A DNA stretch of 63,474 bases, filler included, from Octopus bimaculoides (GCF_001194135.2; 6 parts of 5 records of this genome joined end to end with filler, not necessarily neighbours in it), one strand, 5' to 3'. Positions 24,901 to 39,299 are shown, counted from the first letter of the whole stretch. Program-made: numbers and translations. Notes: generated by a model from the letters alone, not told the origin.

Positions 24901-27900
24901 TGTTATATCACCTTTTTTGATGAAAAGAAAAATGACTCTGTAAATTTTGTTGTTTTAGAAGAATTTGTAGCAAGCTTATTTTTAAAGGTTCGTTTCTATC
25001 TCACGTTTAACTACGGACACTTGTTATTGTGATGGTTTCTGTAAATCAAATGCTTCCCTATGGTATTATATAAAACCATAGGGAGTTAATATTCTGTCAT
25101 AATGTAGTGATTGTATAATATATAGAATGTGTTCAGCAGTTTTATCTATAATATGAGATTTGGGACAACGCGTTGCCTAGGCCATAGAGTGGATTTTTCT
25201 GTTAAATAATGTGTGCCTTCTTTAACGTGATCTTCTGCTATTAGGGCTGTTATTTTATTGTTGTCATCTAGTTTGTAATATAATGATACACACGTTATGA
25301 TGCTCTTCATATTGTACCTCAGTAAAACCATTCCAAAATGTTCATCATTGCCTCTTACTGCATATCTTCATGTTGGCGCATTATGACATGTTTTCAATTT
25401 ATTTCCCTCCACGGCACTGTTTTGTAGAAAAGGAATATCTGCACATCAATAAAAATTCATTACTTGTATTTCTATAATTTTTTACTTTAATTTATAATTT
25501 GTTATCTTTTCGACAATGCATGGAAGTGTATTAACAATCTGTTAAATTTTATAGCGGAATATGTTTTCTGTGTATACATTAATTATGCACCGGACTCGTC
25601 ATATATTGATTACTTAACATAAACATAAGCACACTATCAGCTGCAAAATGCAGATTTCAATAATGAAACTTTATAAAGAACCATGTCTACACAGTTGTTA
25701 TGCCCAAATATATCAGTTTAAAAATATAATTATAATGAATATATGAAGTATTGATTTATTGCCCTTAGAGGTGAATAGGCAACTAATGATATACTTACAT
25801 ATAAATTATCTAAGAAGTGGTATCTATTGTATTACGTCTGAACATCTGAAGAGCATTCATTCGAGATTTTCCCACAAATTAAGAAACGCATTAAATAAAT
25901 CACAGTAGAACCAAATTCTCAGACATATTGATCAGGCAAAATTTAGTTATTGGAAAAAGCGTGGAAGCACAGTAGAAAATATAAAAATCTGGCGAGTAGC
26001 TTCTTATGTATATATTCCTTATTAGCTGAGCTCTGAACGCGATATCTTAATAAACAATGATGTTTATAAAATGTAGGAAATGGCCAATTTGAAGCCTAAT
26101 GTGACTGGATATTACATTAAACTTGTATCAATAGAAAATGGGTTTGGAAGCAATTCCGCTATTATTGCCTCACATTATAAGATACTGAATTCCTAAGTAT
26201 TGTAAAGTGAAATTATGTCTTTTCTCTCCCATACATTAATCTACTCATACACATTCTAATACGCATTTTAATAGCCAAGCAACAAACATATTCTTTGAAT
26301 TCTATACTCAGCAGAACCGCGACATCAGTTTATTTGATTCTAATCCTATTAATACGAAACTTAATATCACTCCTACATTATCGTAAATCGCCGCATTGAA
26401 CATCAAATGAAACAGAAACGAAACTATTTAGCATTAATTTGTGCCCCTGTAGATTAGCGTTATTATCTAATATTTTATTCATGTACACGCTGTATTAAGG
26501 CGTTCAATATTCACAACTTTCTACATATGTCATTGAATGAAATATATAACTATCTACATCTCTTGGAACAAAAATGTTATAGCAAATATGTAATACACAA
26601 ACACACGTACCTCCATATATGTAAATGTGTGTTTTATGTATGTATGTATGTATGTATTGTATGTATATATATATATATATATATGTATATANNNNNNNNN
26701 NNNNNNNNNNNNNNNNNNNNNNNNNNNNNNNNNNNNNNNNNNNNNNNNNNNNNNNNNNNNNNNNNNNNNNNNNNNNNNNNNNNNNNNNNNNNNNNNNNNN
26801 NNNNNNNNNNNNNNNNNNNNNNNNNNNNNNNNNNNNNNNNNNNNNNNNNNNNNNNNNNNNNNNNNNNNNNNNNNNNNNNNNNNNNNNNNNNNNNNNNNNN
26901 NNNNNNNNNNNNNNNNNNNNNNNNNNNNNNNNNNNNNNNNNNNNNNNNNNNNNNNNNNNNNNNNNNNNNNNNNNNNNNNNNNNNNNNNNNNNNNNNNNNN
27001 NNNNNNNNNNNNNNNNNNNNNNNNNNNNNNNNNNNNNNNNNNNNNNNNNNNNNNNNNNNNNNNNNNNNNNNNNNNNNNNNNNNNNNNNNNNNNNNNNNNN
27101 NNNNNNNNNNNNNNNNNNNNNNNNATATATATAAAGAGAGAGGCAGAAGAGGATGAATATATATATCTGTATCTCGCTCTGTTTATATGGTTGTCTGTGT
27201 ATGTATGTGTGTGGGTATGCGTGTGGATGTGTGTTTGTAAAACTATAGATGACCAGGTCGACTTAGTGATAAATACAAAATTGATCTTTATATATAAATT
27301 GAACATCACATATTTTCTCAATTTTCCTGTCCGTGTAAAAAGCCAAGCAGGATTTCTTCCTGCTTGGGATGGTTTTCTTAACGAGTGTGACAAGATACTT
27401 TGGAACAGACTTATTTTTCGCAGTTGTATGCCTGCCTGAAATATATACTAAGCTTGCGGTTGATTTCTTAATCAGATGTGCTCTTTATATTTTCTCTATA
27501 AATGCACAGTTCTTGAATCATTGTGCAACAATCGTATGATTTTGTCGGTTATTGAACATGGAAATTCTTGAGAACATATAGGTTATCAACTTGTCATAAA
27601 GACTGGGTATTTGTCTTCCAATACATTTAAATGTGTGGCTGTATATATTGGGTTATGTATGAGATTTTGACACACGTTGGAAATCAAGCGCAAAGTGCAA
27701 GACATTCATTATTATCATAGAAACTTCAAAAGCTACGCTCGATAAATTGTCTTTGATCTTTTAATGGAGGTCGTGTGCTCTATGAACTCTTGTACCGATT
27801 TAATTGGAAAGCCACATTTGTCAAAGAGATCTTGACAGAATTAGAAATGATTTCCATATAAGTTATGTACACACCAACTAGGCCTTAAATTCACTTCGTG

Positions 27901-29448
27901 TCGGGATGTCTGTCCTGCACTTGTTACTATTTCATATATATTGATGATGAGCACGGTTTCTCTGTCTAGTATTGTGGTATGCAGATATTGATGAATAAAA
28001 ATCATAGTCATCAACCATTACATGGAATTCTTTCGATTATTAATTGAGATAAGTTAAAAGTTTAGGTATTTCAGTACCGTTAAAAGACTTTATGAGATAC
28101 GGCAGGTTTTTTTCTGTATGTTTAGTCATGCTAATGGCTAAATATAGAACTGAATTAATGGCTTAATTGTGCCGAAATTTGTTTCTGTATCTATGAGTGT
28201 GACAATTGAAGCCTTTTTCCGGAGCCTATCATTGTTTGAACAGTGTGAGTTACTTTTGCAAATCTATCGTGTTCTCTGTCTGGTGTGGTGGTTATAATAT
28301 ACTTTGCGTGATTCCATGTAACTCTAGAGATTAAACATATGTGTTGATTAGATTAGATTAGATAAGTTTAACATTTTAGTGGAATACATGCTGAGGATTG
28401 CCCTGCATTTAAATTGATGTAATAGTTGCATTGTTCAATTAAATGGAGTTCCGTGAAACGATCGTACTGCATTACCTCTGGATATCCTTGCTGCTTATTA
28501 TGACTCTAATCCCCTTATTTTGAAATTGTATGGATGATACCGTACTAAATTCTGGTGCCTCAACTTAAGTACCATATTCATCTGAATCTAAATTTGTTTT
28601 TACTTCATTCATCATCGTACCATGTCTAGCTTACTACTCGGGATAACCTTCTCATACAGTTTGTGAATACTACCCAACTTGGCTTGCAGTTAAGAATACT
28701 ACCTGCACTTGGCTTTCAGTACCTCACCTATAACATATTTCAATGGAAAAGCTTTCTTTATATTTGATCTGTTGAATATCTATGGCCACTTATACATTTC
28801 CCAAACAATCACTGCGAAAATTATAGATTTAATGATGTGCGATGCCGTAGACATTGTGGTTTATCGTGCGACCCTATAAGCATAATGAATTGCAAGCTAT
28901 ATGTGCCAATTTCTGCCCAGACTTCTTACCAATAATGTGTTGGGTATGTAGATGCTTATCTCGATGTGTGAGCTTAATACATTTTTTCTTTTTTTACCGC
29001 AAGATATTCATCACTTGAAACTTTCCATTATTCACTTACACTAAGTCTCACACCCTTCATAATTCCATAGTGTTCTTTTACCAATAGGAGAGATAATTAC
29101 CAGATTTCAGTTGATGATTTGGCATTGGTCATCAATTGCCTCTATAATCAAAACAATAAAATTTATCTCATATTTACCACAAAATATCAATATTTTCCAA
29201 CTCGTCATTCTTGAACTGCCATCTCCAATCCTGAAATACCAACAAAGACACGTCAATTAATTTTCGAAAGCAAGCCAATATTAGCCTGGTCTAATCTGCA
29301 CCTGTAATCGAAATTTTTCCAGAACAAAACTTATAAATAACCAAAATTAGTGTACGAGGTAATTAAACTGATTAATTGTATTAGCGCGTAAAATTAATTA
29401 GCTTGCTTTTCTATATTCTCTTCTTTATAAATTTGGTTCCAGCACGCT

Positions 29449-29503
<55 letters not shown>

Positions 29504-30694
29504 TACTTAATGTCTACTGGTGTTTATCCGATTATGAAGAAAGCAAGTGGATGTAAGCTAGTATATATGTGAATGAGCATGAGCAGTGTAGGTTCTAATG
29601 TTATTCATTATATATAAGGCTTCCAATTAATTGGTAATATAAACCCTAACTTTTTTGTATTGCATAGCAACATAGATAGTATTATTTTAACCTCATGGTC
29701 AAATTAATTATATTATATAATGGAGGTTGTGAACTACTATTCTGAAAAGAAGCATATGCTTAAAAATATTTGAAAACAGTATTTTTTAGTCATATCTCTG
29801 TAAAACGAGTCAATGCTAACTCGATTACACGTTATAATAAAATATTAGAAAATAAAAATAAGCATAGTTTATTGTAGAATTTACAATATTAGCGTAGCAT
29901 ACATCGCTCTCACTGAATATAAAGAGCTGTTATTATACAAGAATAATTAACGAGATTAGTTATATCTAAATATCGTTTGCTATATTATTATGATATAAAA
30001 AGGTTGTCTGATGACGGAAATTAAATACGAGTAGTGAAATTCTAATCAATATTAAATATGTTTATCGCTCCTAATTAATGTTCATAAATCTTTCAACCTC
30101 ATTTTGCAATAAATTACGTATTTCTAATTTAGAATCAAAAATTAATATAATCATTTAACACTATCTTAATATCAATATAGTATGACACTTGATATTAGAT
30201 TTTCTTTCAGTCATGAAAAATAGTTCATAAAAATGGCTTTCAGTTAATTCTCGAGATAGTTGTATTTTCTTTCTTTTTGTGTTGGTATTCTTTCTGAAAT
30301 GAAAACAATATAAGGGCACGCCAGGAAATTTGGCAAGAAAATAAATTGAAATATATTTACCGATATTTATTTTATGTCCATTCTGCGTTACATGATGGGA
30401 CGTTTTCCAAAGAATTATCGTTCTTCATTACTCAGCTGGAAAATGCATCAAATACAAAATTAAAGTGTTTTCACATATATATATATATATGAGCGTGTGG
30501 AAAAGTTCGAATCAATAAGAGACCTATAAATAGACAATCGTTGTACTCCTATAAATTTCAGACAAAATAAACAGGCCAGTACTACAAAATGAATACACAT
30601 AGTATATATGGAACAAATGCAATAAAAAGATATATATATNNNNNNNNNNNNNNNNNNNNNNNNNNNNNNNNNNNNNNNNNNNNNNNNGTATATA

Positions 30695-30730
<36 letters not shown>

Positions 30731-31605
30731 TGCATGTATGTGTGTGTATGTATGTGTGTATGTGTGTGTGTGTGATTTCATTTTCTGTCTATGATTTGCA
30801 TGAGAAATCCACGTTTTTAAAACATTATGATATTTTCAGATGTAATTTCGAAATATATGTGATTACCTTGGAAGGATGGAATATCTCGCTCTATTTATTT
30901 GGGGTTATGAAACCTTTTGAAATGAATGCCTGAAAAGGTAAAAAGACGAGAATTACACCGGGTGATATTGGTTTAATTTTGAAAGTTAATTGACATACCG
31001 TTGTTGGCAGTTAACAATGATGAGTTGAAGAATATTTGATATTTTGAAGTAAATACTTAGTGAAAAAAAAAGCGGCATGTTGTGGGTATTGCATGTATAT
31101 TACCCGATATCGATTAATTGAAATAAATATTTAAAGTAATGGGAAACGGGATAATGTTAGCGGTATTCGCCTTTCATTGAACCATAAGCTACTTTCGAAA
31201 GATAAAATGAGTTCCACTCCATTACGGTTTTGTCATGGGTTTAGGACGAAAATATGTTGAAAAATATTGGAACATATGTATTGATATTTCAGTGAATGCG
31301 TGATGCAGATTGTTGCTATTTCTCAATTTTAATGTTTTCACACAGGACAACGCTTGGATATTTTACGAACATATTTTGTCATTAGCAGATATTTAATTCC
31401 CTTCATATAACATACAATATAATAATAACTACATGACGAAGTTTAATGCTATGTTATGAATAAGAAACATATATATATTTTCTTTACATTATTTGAATTT
31501 GGCGGATATTTTTCCTTATCTTGTTTGTTGTTAATACGTTTCGGATGATATCAGTTGTGCTGGGAAATTTCGAACATTGGTTCTCATTCCGAATGTCTTT
31601 TTCGA

Positions 31606-31607
<2 letters not shown>

Positions 31608-31681
<74 letters not shown>

Positions 31682-31990
31682 TAGTTTTATTTTTATAACG
31701 TGCTTTCACTTCACTACCGAGCGCAGCTCTGTGCGCCTTGGGTATGTGNNNNNNNNNNNNNNNNNNNNNNNNNNNNNNNNNNNNNNNNNNNNTTAATTAA
31801 TTAANNNNNNNNNNNNNNNNNNNNNNNNNNNNNNNNNNNNNNNNNNNNCAATTGGTTCCTCAAAATCATGGCTTTAATTGAGGGGATGCCTGCAGATGCA
31901 AGGATATCTGTGTTTGGAGTAAAAGAATTCCATTTAATTCTTAAAATATGACGAAGGCATTTTTGGTGGAATTTTTCTAACATTTTAAAA
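31608..31990 (-). mobile_element. RTE LINE 3' end spanning the B|C linker, with a (TAA)n tail
   Basis: LEKFHQKCLRHILRIKW...ASAGIPSIKAMILRNQL at 31849-31983; UTR-like end plus (TTA)n run at 31608-31748. Confidence 0.7.
31749..31848. other. Artificial scaffold linker
   Basis: 44 N + TTAATTAATTAA (31793-31804) + 44 N. Confidence 0.97.
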
Positions 31991-32022
31991 TGCCTTTACA
32001 TACATACATACATACATACATA

Positions 32023-32325
32023 GGAATAGGAAATATCAACCTTGCAATGCAGGAACTGGAAACATCAACCAAGGGCCGGAGATACAGGAAAAGTTGTAAA
32101 ATGTTTATATCTGTAACTATTGGGGCACTGGTATATATAACAATATGTTTAAATACCAATCTTGAGGAGTTAGGCGTCTCAAAACCAGAAAGGAGAAAGC
32201 TGATTCGAAGACTAGATACCCAAGCCATCACTGAAACTGTAAATATCTGTAAAACCGTCCAGAAGTTTATCATTTTTGTATATGAGCATGTCTAGATATG
32301 CAAGTATATGCATGAGAGGACATAC
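32023..32325 (+). mobile_element. R4/Dong-type (RLE) LINE 3' fragment; its tail resumes at 34172-34200
   Basis: FISVTIGALVYITICLNTNLEELG...LIRRLDTQAITETVNICKTVQKF parallels the C-terminus of the copy at 34325-35255. Flanked by (TACA)n. Confidence 0.6.
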
Positions 32326-32422
32326 TGTTGTGTGGAAGTAGAACATCCCCATTTGGTTGACCCTTAATGGACTGTACCACAATATAAATGGACATGCGCA
32401 GAGAGTGTGAGGAGAGAGTCGG

Positions 32423-34026
32423 CGACCATTTTGGTTTACGTGTGATTTATTGGAATTGCGGCTTCGGCCCGGGTTGGTGCTAATTTTGAAATTTTGAATT
32501 TTTGAATTGTTGTTTGTAAAAATCGTTACTTTGTTGAATTTTTTAACGAATTTTTGACCTAATTAAGCGCATGGCTTATTAAACAAGCTTGTGCTTTTGT
32601 TGATTCTCTTCCCGCGCGAAGGATGGAAGCGGAGATGCCAGGTGTTAGCTGCTCAGCAGTGGCTGGAAAGATGAATGGAACTAGCGAAGCGAGGTTCGAA
32701 TTACGAGTTGATGAACTGCGGTGTAAGATGTTTGCCGAAAGGGAAGGAGACAAAGCAATGCTGACCCCTCCGAAAGATTTTTTAGCAGAAGTGGAAGGGA
32801 AAACGGTTGTTTACAGGACACTCAGCGGGAAGGAGGGAAGAATAGAAGTGGCGAAGGAGAAGGATATCGAAAGGTGTCTGGAGTGTATTGAGGACAAAAT
32901 AACTTTTTAGAGTCGTGGAAAGAAGTTCGGTACAATGAAGGTGAGGTTCGTCTCCACAGAGGAAGCAGTAAAGAGCTCCACCGTGCCTATTGGAGATGAG
33001 GAATGGAGGCTCCTGCCAACTTACTTGGGTAGAATAGTCACAATAAGGGTCGGCAAGATTCCCCCAGAAATGAAGGAAGAATGGATGGCGGGATCAGTCT
33101 TATCCACTACAAAAGAAGAACCCAGCATTGTATCAACTACAAGAACGCAGAAACTAAACTGCTGGTGATACGGCCTAGAGTTGCTAGTTCAGATAACTCT
33201 ATCCGATATGAACGAGATTCCAGAGATAATTGAACTCCCAGATAAGAGAAAAGTATACGTGACAGTGGAGGGGAGACCCTCACTTGCTATGGACGTGGAC
33301 AAAAGGGGCACATAAAAAAGAGGTGCCCCCAAAGCACAAATGAACCGAGCAACGAAGAAGAAATACTGTCAGAGCACGAAGATGTAGCAGAGACGGAAGA
33401 GAAAAGTGAAGTAGAATCAACAGAGAACGAGAGAGAGCTTACCCAAGTCGCCAGAAAGAGAGGTAAGGGTGACTGTTCCTCGAAAACTTCCAAAAAGAAG
33501 AGGAAAAAGACCCCCAAAATAGCAGAGATAGAAAGTGACACATCACAGCAAAGCAACACGGAGACTCTCAGCGTGCGGGAAAAGAAAGACGAGCAGAACA
33601 CGGATTGGAAGGAAGAATATGTGCTACTATACAGACCAAATGAAACGATCGAGAGAACAATAAATAGAATGAAAAACGTAATAAAAGTAACGTTACGTGG
33701 ATCCCAAGATAAATGTATATAGGAGACGTAAAGAGGTATAAATTTTTGAAAAAATATCATGGAAATACCATTCGGATTACACCAGTGAGGATGAAGTATA
33801 AATATCTGCCTCCAGTGGTAAGATATGAAGATATAGACTTGGTTATGATAACATGGGTTACAGACTGATAATTTATTGAATTGTAAAGAACAGTAAACGC
33901 TATTGCTTGAGGGTGGGTTCATAAATCCATTTCATTTATTCGCTTATGTTTTATGAACCCACACTGTGTTGTCTGTCCTTGTTCGTCTCCTCTGCGTAGG
34001 GCCCACAGTGGCCAATAAAATGAAAA
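32423..34026 (+). mobile_element. ORF1-only non-autonomous L1/Tx1-type retroelement (HAL1-like)
   Basis: TSD AGAGAGTCGG at 32413-32422 and 34027-34036. AATAAA at 34014 plus an A-rich end. ORF1-like coding region, no endonuclease or RT seen. Confidence 0.7.
32623..33722 (+). pseudogene. Disrupted LINE ORF1-like protein with a CCHC zinc knuckle
   Basis: In-frame stops at 32908 and 33166 and one frameshift near 33283. VTVEGRP-CYGRGQKGHIKKRCP (second Cys mutated to Arg), then an acidic and Lys-rich tail. Confidence 0.7.
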
Positions 34027-34204
34027 AGAGAGTCGGTGAGCTGTTTAAAGCTGAGAGTTGCGTATTGTCGAGTGTAATTACAAATATTGAGTATCTTGAG
34101 TAGAACGATTTGCGAGAACGTTATTTATCATTCCGTTATATCGTTCGTCGAACGTGCGATGCAACACATACATAAAACAAAGCATAAACATCTGCACTTA
34201 TATA

Positions 34205-34320
34205 TACATACATAGGTATATAGATACATACATACATACATACATACATAATACATACATACATACATACATACACACATACACACATACATACATACAT
34301 ACATACATACATACAAACAA
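34205..34320. repeat. (TACA)n microsatellite
   Basis: Tetranucleotide run between the two RLE-LINE fragments. Confidence 0.9.
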
Positions 34321-34324
34321 ACAA

Positions 34325-35255
34325 AAGAACTAGACTAATATACCTCAAAGAAGACCTCGTTGTAAAACGCTGAGCATGCCAAAAATGAGGATGAAAGGGA
34401 ATGGTGCATGAAGACTTTAGAATGATACTAACATTGGCATAAAATACAATCTGTTTTGGAATCGCGTCTAAAATATCACATTTCCTTTCGAAGGTTATGC
34501 GTTTGAAAACTATGAGAAAGAGATTGCCACAAAATGTCTAACAGTCAAAAAAGACAGTGAAGCTGTTGGAATTTCAAGATGCAACTGAAAACGTAGACTG
34601 TCCCACCGTCCCATGGAAGACTTCATGCATGTGATCAGCAGCTTCCCAAAAATGTCCTCGAGATATTGCCTTCCAATGCGACACGACGTTGTTGCTAAGA
34701 CTATAAAATAAATGCTGTCCGAAAATAAAGATTGACCTGAGATAAATAAAGAGAATACTCACGTTATTAATGCATACATAAACATCAATACAAGGAATAC
34801 TGGTGGAACATATATCGAAACTTCTACCAAATTCAAGCATAATGGGCCAGATATATTTGAGTGGGACATACATGAAAAGTTATGTACCGTTATGGAGATC
34901 AGATGTCCTGCTGATGTGGATATCTTTTCGAAAATCAAAGAGGATAACTACGTTCAGCTATTTAGAAACCTTCAGATTTCATAACTAAATTATAAATTCA
35001 CATTTATACCTATAGTAATTGGTGCAGGTAGTTTGTAAGCTTAAGCGACAATCTGGAAAAGCTAGGAGATTCAGAAAAGAAATCACGTATATGACAAATA
35101 TAAACTACAGCCCGAACAGTAAAAATATACGAGAAATTTCCCAATCCCAAAATGTAACATTGTATTATCTACATCTCAATGATGGGACTTTGTGTCTTTC
35201 TGAGCAATCAGCTCCTTTGTTACAGAAAGATTTCAAATACTTAAAAACAGAATAT
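34325..35255 (+). mobile_element. R4/Dong-type LINE 3' fragment with zinc-knuckle relic and restriction-like endonuclease
   Basis: FEGYAF..EKEIATK, EDFMHVISSFPKM..RHDVVAK, KHNGPDIFEWD..CTVMEIRCPAD..KEDNY, FIPIVIGAG. Decayed. Confidence 0.75.
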
Positions 35256-37249
35256 ACATACATGCATGCATATGCGCGCGTGCACACACACACGCACACA
35301 CACACACACACACGCACGCACGCACGCACACGCACACACACACACACACACTCACACACACACACACACGCGCGCGCACATATATACACACACACGGATT
35401 CACATATACACGTGCACATGCACGCGTACATGCAGACGTACATACGAGCCTATGTGTGTACGTACGTTCATAAAATGTAGGCACAATGCATGGAATTTTA
35501 AGGGATGGGAGTTAATTGATTAAATCAGTCTTAGTACTTGACAAGTAATTTACTTTGTCTAACCAACATATACGATATATGATATATATATGTAAAACCG
35601 CAGCAGTCGAATACGACTTGGTTGCATGATGAATAGTAACGTTGACAGCGGCAGAGAATTACTACAATCATTTTCAGACGGTCTAATGAGTTTACCAATT
35701 TGGCATCATTTATAGCGACATAAATAATGAGACGAAACGTAACAATACCAATAAAATGAAATGAAGATTAAAATAAAAATGAAACGCACCTAAAATTGCA
35801 CGGCAAACAAAGAAGATTTCGCTAAACACCCGACTTTTCTAACCATTGAGAAAAGTTTGGTGTAAATGCAGGTTAACCAATTCTGCTAAATCTGAAAAAG
35901 GATTAGTTAGTAAGAAGTTTCTAAACAGTATTAACAGTAATATCACAAAGTTCCCAAAACTACGTCAGTTGAATAACACGGATGAAGATCTTAGCTGATT
36001 CGAAAGTATCGTTAGCAAATATACCTGTAACTTTACCAAATTATTCATTGGCGATTTCTGTATTCAACTTCATTATTTTACCTTTACTTCCTACACCCAA
36101 CTTCCCTTTCTCACATCTCTCTTTTAGGACTTCCATCGACGAAGGTTATTCTTGACTATAAGAACTAAGAGGAACTAATTTACAATTCCACAAGACAAAA
36201 TATTTATCTTGATGGAAATAAAGTTTGAAAAACACAGTCTTTCAAATTATTTCACATTTTCTGATATCATGCGGTGATAAACAGGTTTTGATGACTGAAA
36301 CGCTCGAAATCAAAGATTAGTTAACTATTATTGTTTTCTAAAAAACATGCATGTATGTATGTATGTATGTATGTATGTATGTATGTATGTATGTATGTAT
36401 GCATGTATGTATGTATGCATGCATGTAAGTTGGTCGGTCGATCAGTTTGTAGGTAGGTAGATATATAATACATTTGTATGCATGTATGTATGCTTGTGTG
36501 CATATACAGTTGTCCATTTGTTTTTATGGTGGCCTTTTTTTCTGCCAACCACTGTGCAAATCAAAACCATGTAAACCGAGGAAGATATCTGTACTATAAT
36601 GGGGAATCAGCTTATTAATTACTACAAATAAAAAACAATTCTTAGAATCTCCATTCTCTACAAAATTCTAAAAACTTCCAATTTTAATATATATTTATTT
36701 TTATCAAGATGCTGTTTTTATGTTTCTTTTCGACTAAGCAATTCATTTTGATTTTTTGCGTGTCTTATGCTGCGTGATCCCCCTTTCTAATGTCCTACTG
36801 GCTCTCCGCCCCCTCTCTCTATATTTCTCTCTTCCTCTCTCCCTTTCTTTATTTCTTTCCACCTCTTCTTTGCTTATATATTTCCGACAGTTATATCCTT
36901 TACCTCCATTGTTCGTGTTATCGTAGTCCATATGATGAACAAGAAAAAATATCAATTCCTATCTCTGTATGTCTGTAGTTGTATGTTTATAAGGTTGTTA
37001 ATATATAAGTCGATGGAACAGAAATATATTATGCAATCACATGCGTTAGAACTATGCGTAAGTTTTTCAATTTTTTTTTTTACTTTCCAGTACACCCCCT
37101 AAAATTTTTATGATACCTTAAAAATGCAGAGTATCCCGAAATTAAGTCAACCGAAGTTTCGTGCTTTAATAATTATCAATAAATGTGATAAGATATGAAG
37201 ATTATACATCATTATAAAGTATAGTGTGTCTTCGTTTCGCTTTAGACTA

Positions 37250-37640
37250 AATAAATTCAGATTTATAAATTCAGATTGTATTTCGGCTATAGACCGAAAT
37301 ACAATCATAACCCTCCACATTGGAGACGAAAGTAAAATGCTTAAAATTAGCCGAACAACAGTCTGGAAAATAGGCAATATATTTCAAGAGACTGGTTCCA
37401 CCTCTAATCGATCTGGACGTGGCCGAAAATGACCTCTCAGTTTATCAAAAGTACCTCAGAAAGGGTACGGCGAAATCCTTCTCTTTCCGTCAGAAAACTG
37501 GCTGTTACAGTAAAAATAAGCTGAATATCGATGTAGGATCTCAGGACCCACCCTTGAAAGATGGTCCGTCGCCATGAGCTCATGCAAGTGTATAAGTCCA
37601 TAAGACTGGAAAGAAGTCATCTTATCCTGCATCAAATTGT
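37250..37640 (+). mobile_element. Tc1/mariner-superfamily transposase N-terminal (HTH) relic
   Basis: KMLKISRTTVWKIGNIFQETGSTSNRSGRGRK and VRRNPSLSVRKLA. Stops and frameshifts follow. Confidence 0.65.
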
Positions 37641-38546
37641 TGAAGGCACACTGGCCTAAAACCCTAAAGCTAAAATCAGTACAAACGCACGAACGATGTC
37701 ATAAATAACAGTACCGCTGATAGTTGTTGACAAACAACGGCAGTAATTTTATTCAACGGAAAAGATCTCATTACACCGCCAGAACGTGTTGTTGACAAAC
37801 CACAGCAGTAATTGTTTTCACCTCAATAGACGTCAGTGATTGGTTGAAATTACCGAAATACGACAACTTTTAACATGAAATAACTTGGAATATAGAAACT
37901 TTTCTGAACAAGGCTAAGAGAAAAAGATGTTTTATATGGTACATTCTACCAGTATCCCAAATTTGAAAGTGTTTCGTTAGAAAACAAATGGTGTCCGCCA
38001 AAATAGAAAAATCATATATATATATATATATATATATACATGCACGCGCATGCTTGTACATACACACACATTCACACACATCCATACACACATATCTGTG
38101 TGTGTGTATGTGTTGTCCTAGAAATGTCCTAGAAATTTCACACTGCCTTAGCTTTGTTGTCTACTTTTATTTAACATATACACGCTCACACGCCATGCGC
38201 GTTAGACTCATCACTCATGCTATTATGGAACCGGGAGTCTAACACGGTTCGTCCGTAGCACATACATAGCCCTACCTGCCTTTTGCGTCTTCTGGATACC
38301 AAAACCTCTTATATATATACATGCACATACACATAGATAAACACTTTATTAAAAATCACAATTTTCATCTGAATACATTGACAAATTTCTGACGAACAGT
38401 AACGTGAAACTCAGCAACTGTTTATGAAGATTTTTTCACCTTTAATAAAAAGCATATTTCTCTACTTTCGTTATTACAGTTTTTCTTCCACTTTCTTTGC
38501 ATTTATGTGTTTAATTGTGTGTGTGTATGTGTATGTGTGCGTGTGC

Positions 38547-38583
<37 letters not shown>

Positions 38584-38593
38584 NNNNNNNNNN

Positions 38594-38629
<36 letters not shown>

Positions 38630-39116
38630 TAAGTTCATCTAATGAGTACGTGGAACACAAATGGAAAAAAACTTATTCTCAGTATTGCACTCGTAATAAA
38701 ACTATAATTAAACGAAAACAAAACAAAACTATTCAATTGTTCATTTATATCAAATGTGGTATTTCGAATATTTCTATTTAAGATGAGGTCAATTTCTAAT
38801 AAGGTAGCCTAATTAACAGCCAAATGCACCGCTAATGGAAACATCCACCTGAGCCACATTTAATTACTTTTTCATGAACTAAAGACATTCTTGTGAAATG
38901 TTTAATTAGTTGAAATTAATTGACTTCACATATTTTGGAATACTTTAGTGTGTCATAAAAAAACATATGTTATACTAATCTTAGCTTGTCTTAATCTGTA
39001 CACACAGACAGACAGGCAGAAAGACAGGCACACACATACATACGCACGCACACACACACACACACGCATTCACACACGCATGTATAAATATATATATATA
39101 TGTATGTATGTATATA

Positions 39117-39215
<99 letters not shown>

Positions 39216-39299
39216 ACAATATATGAGTATATGCATATATATGTACGTGTATGTACATACCTTCATCTACACGTACATATAGATACATATCTGGGTATA

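Larger units (their letters stand above)
32326..34166 (+). mobile_element. Solo LTR (~227 bp net), split by an internal insertion
   Basis: Starts TGTTG (32326) and ends CAACA (34166). 5-bp TSD CATAC at 32321-32325 and 34167-34171. TATAAA at 32383-32388. Confidence 0.75.

Noticed and set aside
28440-28475. GAAAC-GATC-GTA palindromic stem III suggesting a hammerhead
   Set aside because: No CUGANGA core upstream.
27300-29330. Possible decayed LINE or Penelope coding sequence on the minus strand
   Set aside because: No motif could be read with confidence.
33287-33922. 211-aa Ser/Phe-rich minus-strand ORF
   Set aside because: Antisense shadow of the purine-rich ORF1 tail.
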